DNA of 64,000 bases, taken from assembly GCF_001194135.2 (NCBI RefSeq), contig NC_068985.1:82622272-82686271 (forward strand), in the 5' to 3' direction. Under the pieces are notes generated by a model that searched no databases, was not told the DNA's origin, and was given only the letters and a program-made list of their open reading frames with translations. Shown here piece after piece: positions 13,712 to 25,210 of this stretch. Made by a program: the position numbers and the translations under genes. How positions within the stretch are numbered: the stretch's first letter is position 1; each line of letters begins with the position of its first letter. This DNA comes from Octopus bimaculoides. Its lineage: Eukaryota.

Positions 13712-13950
13712 ATGATTTCTTCATTGGTCACAAGGGCTGAACACAAAACAAATAGGGACAGTACAACACATGAGACAAGTGGGATTTGGAATAATGTCGA
13801 GTATACAATAAATATCAGTAACAGTTAGCAAAAGAATTAAACAATAAAAATTCCCCAAAAGTGGGGAGTTCTTCTCAGGGACAATCAAGGAACTCCACGC
13901 ATCCTGGTTACTCTGACTGTCAGCTGCATCTCAGCAAGTGCCCACTTATA
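13712..13950 (-). mobile_element. 3' end of an unclassified LINE-like element with (ATT)n tail
   Basis: Ends (minus) gtgttcagcccttgtgaccaatgaagaaatc(att)n, homologous to the SINE-B variant tail at 37485-37550. Confidence 0.45.
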
Positions 13951-14281
13951 ATAATAATGATAATAATAATAATTTTCTTTTACTAAAGATGGAAAGCCTG
14001 AACATTCGAGGGAAGGTTTCAACTTATATTAACAACTCCAGAAAGATGGAAAGCTAAGTTGACCTTAGCTCAAAACATAAAGATGGATGAAATGTGCCTT
14101 AGCATTTTGTCTGGCATAATAATAATCTTTACTACTATAGGAACAACACATGAAACTTCGGAGGACAGGGCAGTTTATTACATTGACCCTTGTGTTGCTT
14201 TATTGGTACTTATTTTATTGACTCTGTGAGGAGGAAAGGCAAAGTTGACTTCAGTGGTGGTGGTGGTGGTGGTGGTGGTGG

Positions 14282-14313
<32 letters not shown>

Positions 14314-14329
14314 ATACTAATAATAATAA

Positions 14330-14700
14330 TTACGATCACTCAGAGAGTGCAAACTTCCGCCAAGGCAACACCAACGTCCTCTCAACGATTAGCCGGAAAT
14401 GATTTTTAAAATGAGAATATCTTAAATAAACTTGACTGCTCTCACAAACAAGGATGCTAAAAATGAACCTGACTGCTCTCAAAAATTAAGTGAAAAAAAA
14501 AAAACAGGGAAAATAATCTAGAATCCTTCTCCGGTACTGGATTGATCCCAAAATCTAATCAGTTCATGCCAGTCATGAGGTTAAACATCCCTGAAAGTTT
14601 TGTCCGAATCCATCCAGCAGTTCTTCAGATATCTTGTCCACGGTCAAACAAACATAACTAAAAACAATACCTCCACCTTCACTAAAGTGGAGGTAATAAT
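14330..14700 (-). mobile_element. HINE, second (shorter) copy
   Basis: Reverse-complement match to 6427-7010 with both terminal hairpins (cactc-aga-gagtg 14337-14349; acctccac/gtggaggt 14669-14694). Confidence 0.75.
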
Positions 14701-14756
14701 AATACCTGCCCCACTTACCACCACCACCACCACCACCACTACTACTACTACTGATG

Positions 14757-15300
14757 CAGTACCAGGCAGTGGCTTTCATGGCTTCTCATCTTAACTGATT
14801 GGAAGTGTTATCATATACATTGTTTTGTCTTGTTATAAAAGACAGGCTACAGCAAATATTCTGATTAGTACCACAGATTTGCTTGTCAATTTTTTAACCT
14901 TAACCAGTTGAGCATGTCCCATAGTGGCTGACGATATGTGAATCTCTGATCACGAACAGAAGTAGTAGGGAGCATCCATAGCCATGTGGTGAGAGGAATT
15001 CTTTGGGGCTTGGATAATTCACCTCTGGAAACATGGGTGTTTTATTCATCATCCTTAAACAACCCTTATTCAGGGAACTTTTGAGCGGAATGGGCTACTC
15101 AACCTGAAGAAAATTCTAACTTGGCCCCACCTGCAAGGTCAAGCACTGTTAATATTGATGTCGCACACATATGGTTGTGATGCATGTACCTGATGTACTC
15201 TTATCAGAAGGGTAGTCATGATGGGTATACTGGGCTTCTTATATTTTACCCCAGTGTGACTTTGATGGCATGCACTGCTCTCTCAGTCGATAAAAATAAT
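14757..15300 (+). mobile_element. (AAT)n-tailed orphan retroposon, ~540 bp
   Basis: Colinear with 36440-36987 (-) over its full length, same 5' end (cagtaccag), no ORF. Confidence 0.85.
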
Positions 15301-15308
15301 AATAATAA

Positions 15309-15765
15309 TCCTTTCTACTGTAGGCACAAGGCCTGAAATTTGCGGAAGGGGACTAGTCAATTACATCGACCCCAGTGTTTCACTGGTACTTAATTTATCA
15401 ATCCTGAAAGGATGAAAGACAGAGTTGACCTTGGTAGCATTTGAACTCAGAATGTAGAGATGGATGAAATGCTGCTAAACATTTTGCCCAGCACACTAAT
15501 GATTCTGCCAGCTCACTGCCTGACTAGTAATGATAATAATAACAATAATGATGATTTCAAATTTTGGCACAAAGCCAGTGAATTCAGGAGAGGCGTAATT
15601 CGATTATATCAATCCCAGTGTCCAACTAGTACTTATTTTATCAGACCCAAAAGAATGGAACGCAAAGTTGACTGCAGCAGAATTTGAACTCAGTACATAA
15701 AGACAGACAAAATGTCGCTAAGCATTTTGCCCAGCATGCTAATGATTCAGCTAACTCACTGCTTT
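15309..15765 (-). mobile_element. Two head-to-tail SINE-B copies (15309-15522, 15554-15765); a degraded third to ~15915
   Basis: Repeated SINE-B motifs separated by (AAT)n. Confidence 0.85.
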
Positions 15766-16143
15766 ACTAGTAATAATAATAATAATAATTTCTTATAAGG
15801 TCAAAGATCTAGCATATGGGACAAGCTATTATGTCATTCTTAGTACTTTACTGGTATTTTATTTTATTAACCCTGAAATGATGAAAGGTAGATTAACTTC
15901 AGTAGGACTTGAATAAATGTAGCAAGGCAGCATCGTATCCATGTGTTGAGAGGGATTCTTTTGGAGTTTGAATAAATATCATAACAATAGCAAAGTTTGA
16001 AGGAAACATTAGCCATTTTTCATACTTTCTAGGGTAAGTAAATAGGAAATAACAATTGCTACCCAAGGACAAAAATCGTGTTACACAGTCTTATCATCTT
16101 CATCAATTTAACATCCACTCTTTCCTGCATGCATAGATTAGAG

Positions 16144-16802
16144 CAGTGATCCTCAACAATTTTTTTGCCTATGGACCCCTTTGACTCTTATTTTCTCTTC
16201 TGGAACCCCATAGATTTTGGATATTTACAAAAATCCTGTTATATTTTTATACTTAAATATAGTTGGGAATGGTATACTCTTTACTCTTTTACTTGTTCAG
16301 TCATTTGACTGTGGCCATGCTGGAGCACCGCCTTTAGTCGAGCAAATCGACCCCAAGACTTATTCTTTGTAAGCCTAGTACTTATTCTATCAGTCTCTTT
16401 TGGCGAACCGCTAAGTTACAGGGACATAAACACACTAGCATCGGTTGTCAAGCAATGTTGGGGGGACAAACACAGAAACACAAACATACACACACATATA
16501 TATATATACATATATACGACGGGCTTTCAGTTTCCGTCTACCAAATCCACTCACAAGGCTTTGGTTGGCCCGAGACTATAGTAGAAGACACTTTCCCAAG
16601 ATGCCACCCAGTGGGATTAAACCTGGAACCAAGTGGTTGGTAAGCAAGCTAATTACCACACAGCCACTCCTGTGCCTATACAAAATTGTTTTAAATATTT
16701 TGTGTATTGTAGAAGTACAAACAATTTAATGCACATAATTTTTAACAACAAAATCTTATCTAGATCATCTAGGGTCAAATGGACCTCTGTTGAGAATCAT
16801 TG
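16144..16802. mobile_element. hAT (Charlie-like) MITE interrupted by SINE-A
   Basis: TIRs cagtgatcctcaac / gttgagaatcattg; internal gcacata..aacaacaaaatcttat shared with 54300-54556 and 48017-48150. Confidence 0.75.
16275..16676 (-). mobile_element. SINE-A, full length and little diverged
   Basis: Minus strand: tRNA-like head gtggctgtgtggtaattagcttgcttaccaacc...ggttccaggttt, CORE-like ggcatcttgggaaagtgtcttctactatag, internal microsatellite, (GTAAAAGA)n tail. Confidence 0.92.
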
Positions 16803-17144
16803 AGTTATACTGTGTTTGTCAAAGGCAGATTTTCTATGTTTGGATGCTCTTCCAGTCACCAATGTGCATTTGTTTCCTAGCAATGTAATATTTCCCCATA
16901 CATGTTTTCATGGAAGATTGGGAACAAATAATAGTGTTCGTATGATAGGGATACTCAGTTATAACTATCTTGCAATACCAAAACAAAAAGGAACAAACAT
17001 ACATAGACACACATATACACATACGTACATAAACACACACCACACACAAGCATACGCATGCCCACACACATATATATACACATACATACACAAACACACT
17101 ACACACAAATGTATATACATTTACACTAACACATATATATACAC

Positions 17145-17292
17145 AATAGGCCTCTTTTAGCTTCCATATTCCAAATCCACTCACAAGACTTTGGTTGGCC
17201 TGGAGCTCTACTAGAAGACACTTGCCCAAGGCATCACACAGTAGGACTGATCCTGAAACCATGTGGTTGGGAAGTGAACTTCTTAATCACAC
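17145..17292 (-). mobile_element. SINE-A 5' half
   Basis: caaatccactcacaagactttggttggcc...cacttgcccaaggc. Confidence 0.85.
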
Positions 17293-17580
17293 ATAATACA
17301 TACATACATACATACATGTCTGAATTTTTTTTATTTATATTTATATATATTTTATGTGTCATGATTATAAAGTGACAAGACTTGAATGTATATATTTCAT
17401 AATTTGAAAATCTTCAATATTTTCATTTCTATTTTTGTTGAGTTTTTGTGTTCATTTAAAAGTTATTGTATTCTTTTATTTAATATCTTGAAATATTTAA
17501 TATTATTATATATCAAACGCATGAATGCATATGTACGCACACACACACACACACACACACTTGGCTATATAGAAATGCAA

Positions 17581-17622
<42 letters not shown>

Positions 17623-18617
17623 ACACATATAGACATAAATATACATGTGCAAATATCCCAATTCACTTATCATTTATATCTATTATAGCATATTAGCTAT
17701 TATGCCTCATGGTGATTTTATTCAATTATAGAATCCTTCATATTGCAATTAAATGGCATCTCGAAGATTATTTTCAATATTAGATAATAATTTTAAAGAT
17801 CTTTTCAAAATTTTTTTGTTTGTTTTCAAAAAATTTTGAGTTTTAATTTTAATTTTTCAAAAAATATTTCTTACTTTTTTGTTGTTTTTTTTTAATACCT
17901 TGTGTAAGAACTTCCTCACATACAAAGAATCTATCACAAAAGCATGTCCTATCACTTGCACAGATATACAAACATAAATCTATATACATACAGAAAAGAA
18001 ATGAGATTCTCACAAATCCAACATAATAACAAACATGACATATAGTTGTTTGTCTATTTTTATAACTTCTGATGTTTTATGAGATTTATCCTTGGTTGAA
18101 TTTCATTTTCGTACATTGGAGCTCGTGCTTTTCTGGTGAAGTAATCTGATTAGGGAGTCAAATAATTAATATAAGTTTTGTTTTGTGTTTGACTTGAAGT
18201 AAAAGGATTTACTGTACAATGCTGGACGCTTGTGAAATGGTTTCACATTTTGTGTAGAAATTTTTATACTATGTGATTTTAAGTTAGCTTTGAACTGAGG
18301 AAATATCAGGGGGTAATGTAAAAATATATTACAACAAAAGAAGACATGTCAGTTGTTCACTGCAAGCCTACTGACTGATACATTCATTCATAAGGATCAA
18401 AAATAAATATGAACTACACACTAATATCACAAAAATAACACAACAAAACCATATTTTGAAAAGAAGAAAAAAAATTTAAATTAAAATAAAAATTTCATAT
18501 GTGCATGAATGTGTGTGCATGTATACACCACTGTTTATAAAAATATATGTACACATATTTGTGTGTGTGTGTGTGTGTATCTAATTATTGTTTATTTATT
18601 ATTTATTAAAGAAATGC

Positions 18618-18618
<1 letters not shown>

Positions 18619-18664
<46 letters not shown>

Positions 18665-18680
18665 TAATAATAATAATAAA
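18619..18680. repeat. (AAT)n microsatellite
   Basis: Direct reading. Others at 40165-40203, 57635-57665, 58335-58397 and 63401-63456. Confidence 0.95.
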
Positions 18681-19111
18681 ATGAATGATGAAATTAATAA
18701 GATTAGATAAGAGGAAAGAGGGGAAAAGATATTAACTTCCAATAAGCCTATGAAAGATTTCTTTTGCCGGTGGATATTCAAAGAAGTGTAAAGTTTAGAT
18801 TTCAGCTATATGTCTTATACTTGCTTAGTCTTAGTTGCATTGACATTAGTGGATATATGACCGAGTTGCTAGAAAACAAACATGATAGAATTCTTAACTA
18901 AAATCAAATGGAATTAGAAGATTACTGTTCAGTTTTCTTGGAGTTTCTTAGAAAGAAAAAGATGTGTTCCTGGTTAGAGAGCTTTTCTTTTCTTTTATGT
19001 CTGATTGTAATTCTAAATGAAAATGAAAAGGCATTTTCATTTTGTACATATGTATGTACATAAATATATTTACATACATATACACACATGCTTGAATGCA
19101 TACATACATGA

Positions 19112-19154
<43 letters not shown>

Positions 19155-20589
19155 GTATAAATATATGTGTGTATATATATATATATATAAAAATACACAA
19201 ACACATTTACATTTATAAATATATTGTGCATATACATACACACATATAAACATACATATATAGATGTATAGATGGATATGTGTGCATATGTATGTACATG
19301 TTTGTACATATACACACATACATACAAATGCAGTATGTCTATCTATAGACACACACACACACACACACATTTGTACATATATATTATATATAAATATATA
19401 TGTATTTATACACACATACACACACAGTTTCATTTATGTAATTATTAGTTATTTTGCATTTAATTTTAACAAAACATTATTATAACTCTACATTTCTTCC
19501 TTTACTTCCCCTCTCTGATCCACTTATTTTCTTTATTTCTCTCTCTGTGTTTCTCTCCCTCTGTCTCTCTCTGCCTGTATCTCTCCTTTAATTTCCCATT
19601 CTCCACACCTCCATACAGAAGAAACAAGGCTGTCATTTCTTAAGACAGTCAATCCTGGGATTTAACTATTTATCCCTGAAACAAACGTAAATTTATAGTA
19701 TACGTTATTTCGAATGACCATTTCCGAAGCTGCAAAAGCAAAAATTAAAACACTGCATCAATAAATGAGAAGGAAGCTTCTATAGTCAACTACAAAGACG
19801 TCATCCTCATCAAGAACAACAACTGCAACAATAATACAACAATAGCAACAACAATAAATGAAAACCTCACCATTCAATCAATTTAATCCCACATCAATAT
19901 ATATACATTATAAATACGACGTGGGGATGTGTGGTTGTGTTTAAGTGTATATGAATTTTTATCTCCGAGTGAATATATTCATTTAGATGAAGTGTATGTA
20001 TGTGTATGTGGATATGTAGATATGCGTATATGTCCACCTATGTATGTATAGTTAAGAAATGTTTGTGTGAGTAATGGATCAATCTGAAATAGTTTCTGTG
20101 TAGATATGATTGTGTTTATGTTTGTTATACTGGGTTAAGTAGGTAGGTGTATGTCAAAGTAATTTCACTTTATAAAAAGAAATAAATAGATAAATATAAT
20201 AAATATAATAAAAATAAATATAATTCCACTGTCTTGGAATCGGTATGGACTTACTTTATTTTCATAATAAGCATTCAAGAATTTAAATCAGGTCTTACAT
20301 TTATTTTCAGTTTATTTTTTTTGTATTGGTTTATTTTTGCTTTATATTGTTTGTTTAATTAAGTCATATGTTTGAAGTATGTTTTACCTTATTTCTTTTG
20401 TTTCCTTATTATCATTACTTTATTTATTTGTCTATTCGTTCATTGTTGTTATTTTGCTGTTATGTGTATTATACTGAGTGAACCAGTTCAAACTGCAGTT
20501 AGAATATTTTCCTATGAATAACAAATTTAAATATTTGACTGACTGTGATGAGGATTAATTCTTTGAGTAGAAAACTTCAGGATATAAAC

Positions 20590-20770
20590 TTATTACTTTC
20601 TATGAATCCTGTCATATAGCATCTTTGATTATAATTGTTAGTTAATAATATATCTATGAGGTCTCCAATTATGATACCCTTCATTTTGTGAAAATGAAAC
20701 AAAAGGTACTCCAGCAATAGAAAAATATTGATGAGAATCAGATACATTGATGATTCAGCAATTGAAATTA
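20590..20770 (+). pseudogene. Degenerate Penelope-like reverse transcriptase fragment
   Basis: One frame reads NNISMRSPI...KILMRIRYIDD with stops (compare PLE GxAMGSP...RYxDD), preceded in a shifted frame by ILSYSIFDYNC. Confidence 0.45.
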
Positions 20771-21187
20771 TCTTCATCCAAAAAAATTCTTCTGATAAAA
20801 AGCAAAATTTCTAAGTAGAGATGATGGCTATCTGTTTGGCTATCTGCTCATCAAGTTTGAGTTTAATTTTACTGCAAGCATTTTGTTCTACATTTGGATA
20901 CTGTTCACTTAATTCTATACATGTGAGTTTACCTAGCAAAAATTAATTGGAAGTATATCATATATATGAATGTTATTTACTATAGTATAGATTTTTATTT
21001 ATTGTTGAAGGCATGGCTGTTAGTGCAAAGTATTGTTTCACAACCACATGGTTTTGAATTCCATTTCACTGAATGACACCTTGGACAGGTGTCTTTTGCT
21101 ATAGCCTAGAGCTAACCATTACCTTTTTAGTGAATTTGATCGACAAAAGCAGTGCAGAGGTCCACCATATATATAATACATATGTAT

Positions 21188-21395
21188 GCAAGGTGATGAG
21201 CTAGCAGAAACATTAGCATGCTGGGCAAGATGCTTAGTGGTATTTCATCTGCCTTTACATTCTGAATTTAAATTCCGCCGAGGTTGACTCTGCTTTTCAT
21301 CCTTTCAGAGTCGATAAGTTAAGGACCAGTTGTGTACTGGGGTCGATCTAATTGACTGGCCCCCTTCCAAAAAACTTCCGACCTTGTGCCTAGAT
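21188..21395 (+). mobile_element. SINE-B
   Basis: aaattccgccgaggttgactctgcttttcatcctttcagagtcgataagttaaggaccagttgtgtactggggtcgatctaattgac. Confidence 0.9.
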
Positions 21396-21802
21396 GAAAA
21401 CACTTTACTATATTAGGTTACCAATAACTAGGACATTTATCTGTAACCTGACATAAAGATTTATTTATTTATCTATTTATTTATTAATAATGATTTCTTT
21501 ATTGTAACCTGACATAATAAAATATTCCATGAATATCCAATGTGACTGAGCATCTATATACATCTATGTTTAGATGTGAAACAAATCAAGAGATTATTTA
21601 TTATCTTCTATGGTAGAAAATACTAAAAAATAACTAGTGTCCCTATATTCTAACTATACATTGTCATCTACAAGAGATAAGTGACAAAGTGGGTGTAAGA
21701 AAGAGAGAAAGAATTACAATGAGGCAGAGAGTGAATGAGAGAACTGAAGAGAGAAACAGCAAGAAAGAAATTTAAGAGAAAATGAAATAGGCAAGCTAGG
21801 CT

Positions 21803-22292
21803 GGCAGGAGTTATCTCCCACTTGCTATAAATATCAGGTGCAAAAAAGAGCACTGAATAAACCAGCTGAAGGAGATATCTTCCTCGTGTTAAATGGCAGT
21901 GTCATCTCTTAGGGGACAGCCACATTAAAGTGGCCATAAGCAATACATTTTGGTTTGTATACTGCTTGAATTCTGAACAGAGATTTTCTAACAGACTAGT
22001 GTCCTAGTTAGAAAATCAGTGATTGTATGACACTGTGTTTTCTATATATTGTAAGCAAGGTAAACTGCTGCCATGCCAAGCAACAGGTACCCACCACCAA
22101 AGAGATACAATACAGATCAGAACCATGTGGTTTGGTGGTCTTGAAGCCTTAGTGGCAGGAGTTATCTCCTCCTTGCAATTGGGTGCATGAAGTGCACTGA
22201 ATAAACCATCTGGAGATGTTTACCTGGGTTTGAATGGCAGTTTTGTCATCTCTTAGAGGATAGCCACATTAAAGTGGCTGTAAGCATTATAT
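21803..22292 (+). repeat. Diverged ~145-bp direct repeat (21803-21947, 22153-22292), LTR-like
   Basis: ggcaggagttatctcc...gcactgaataaacca...tgtcatctcttag.gga.agccacattaaagtggc occurs twice. Confidence 0.8.
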
Positions 22293-24797
22293 TCTTCTGT
22301 ACCTCACACTAATGTTCCTGCTCTATAAGCATCCACTACAACCATTAGTTTTCTACTGTCTTTTTTCTTGTATCCTCCGTTTCACCTTGTGGTGACTTTG
22401 GTACAGGGATTTTTTTTCTTCGTGCATTATACTACAATAATTTTGGACATCAGTGCAAATTTCAGGAAAAAAGGTTCATTAAGGAACTGTGCCACTTTTT
22501 CAAGTTAAACAAATATGAATATCTTTAGGTATACATAAAATAGAAATATATAACATGAGTTTTATCAAATGGTAAATCTCAAAATACATTAGCTGTAACT
22601 TGTGAATGTTACCAGAAGATGGAAATAACAATTACAAGAGGAAATAATTATGAAGTGTGTCCTAAGGATATTGATATATAATAAGAAAGATTATTTGGAA
22701 AATTTTTGTTAACATCAACTTCTTTTATTAGCATGTCCTCTAGTCAAAATTGCAATCAAGTAAAGTTTCACATGATTTCATTATCAACAATGTGCTAAAA
22801 CTTTTATGCTATTTCAGCACATCTTTATTTCACAGAAGTGTTTCAATAACATCACTGTGGTTAGTAATAAAAGGAGTAGTACATTAAACTATGTTAAAAG
22901 CAGTGAGTTGGTGGTGTCATTCAAGTCTTAGATAAAATGCTTTGTGATATCTTTCCTCACACACTATGCTCTGAGTTCAAATCTTAGTGAGGTCAACATC
23001 ACTTTTCATTCTTTTGAGGTCACTGAAAAATAGTACCCATCTAGAGTGACAAATTATTAGAATTGTTAGAGTATTAAGCAGGATAATTTGTGGTCTCTAT
23101 ACTGGATCTGTACATTCTGAATTCAAATCCTGCTCCATCAGCAAAAAATGGATACTTCTGTTATGAGTTGTGATTCAGTAAATAATATCAGCAATCTGAG
23201 AAACCATGAAACCAATTTATTTGGCTCTTTAAGGATTCCAACTGCCACCATCACCACCACCTTTTAAACCAATTTAATTATCTTTTTTTATAGCACTTAA
23301 TAATACTTCTTCATAGTAAATAAGGATAAGCAAGTCTCAACCATAAATATAGAGGAACAAAATTGATTATGAAGTATCCATGTAGTCATCCAGTCAGGTA
23401 TTCTGCCACAAAGCGGACTTAACTATAGAATACTGCCTCAAAACATCTTGTCCAACCCATGCCAACATGAAAGAAGCAGATGTAAAAACGTCACCACCAT
23501 CATCACCATCAACAACAACAACAACAGTAGTATCCTGTACTATTGCTGCAAGTGAGTTCTTATTGTTATTTTTTAGTGTCCAGATTAGCTTTGAGTGAGC
23601 AGACAAACCTACAGTTAAAAGCATTCTATCAATGAATATCTTGCCTTCTTTTACAAAACACAGAACATCAAGGACCACAATATCCAGTGTAACCTTCCTT
23701 TCTCAGACACTGAAGTATGATTTGAGGAAGACTGAACTACTTTTTCTAGCTGATTTTGTAACCATGTAGAAAATCCTTTGTTTGTTGCATATGTGTTGTA
23801 TGTTATGGTTATCGTATGATTCATATCTCAAAATTAAAGTGAATATGTATAAAATTAGCAACAGCATTTCATACTGACATTTTCTCCAATATTAAATTGC
23901 ATAAACAATTTTCATGTCAATTTTTTTCTTGCAAAGACAAAGAAAGGCAAAACTTGTAAAAGGATAGGGGAGAACTGTATTTTGTTCCAAGTGAATCTTT
24001 TATCACATCCTAATCAAACTATATGTCACATTTTTATGGCTTAAACTGCTTTCATAAGAAATCTATGCTTCTCATTAGCTTCCTCATCAAAATATGCCTG
24101 TATGCATTTATAATGAACATTTTGAAAAATCTTAGTTGATAAGTTTAGAAATTATGAGGTCTGAATCTTGTCTCAGTCAAGTATAATTGAAATTTTATAG
24201 CGTAATAAATGCTAGAGGAATAATTACTTTTTGAATAACAAGAATACATCATATGTAATCAAATTACTTTCAATATGACCGATTTTCATCAAAATGTGTG
24301 TGTGTGTGTGTGTGGTGAGCATGCATGTTTCTGGGTGTACATATGATATAGCTATTGTTTATTTTGTTTGGTCACTTCTAACACCTTTCACATTATGATA
24401 AATGTCGTGTTAGTTTTGCCAATGCATGAAATAATAGGGTCTCCTCTAGTGTTGTTCCTTTGAATTTTTCCAAGCAATCCCCCAAAATTTATGACATTCT
24501 CAGGTATTACATCCATATTCTTTATGTTAGTTTTGAATTCCTGCTGCAAAAGAAAGTAGGAGAAAATAGTGTTGAATTTCTCATGGGTTAACCAAATTTT
24601 AATTAATGTTTGTTTATTGATTTTGCATGTAAAGCAATATTTTAAGAAAATTATCTATAATTCATATTTTATATAATTAGTTAAACTATAGAAGTAAATA
24701 AATTTTTTTCTCAATACTCCCTGTAGTTCACTACTACAAGATGTGTTTATTAGTTTAGTCCTTAGTTAATCAAACCCCTGAACATTTTTTAAGTGGT

Positions 24798-25210
24798 CTC
24801 TTTTACTCTTTTACTTGTTTCAGTCATTTGACTGTGGCCATGCTGGAGCACCACCTTTAGTCGCAGAAATCGACCCCAAGACTTATTCTTTGTAAGCCTA
24901 GTACTTATTTTATCAGTCTCTTTTTCCGAACCGCTAAGTTATGGGGATGTAAACACACCAGCATCGGTTGTCAAGTGATGTTGGGGGACAAACACAGGCA
25001 CACAAACTTATACACACACATACATACATATATATATGCATATATATATATATGACGGGCTTCTTTCAGTTTACATCTACCAAATCCACTCACAAGGCTT
25101 TGGTCGGCCTGAGGCTATATATAGTAGAAGACACTTGCCCAAGGTGCCACGCAGTGGGACTGAACCCAGAACCATGTGGTTGGTAAGTAAGCTACTTACC
25201 GCACAGCCAC
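24798..25210 (-). mobile_element. SINE-A, full length
   Basis: Near-identical to 16275-16676. Confidence 0.92.
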
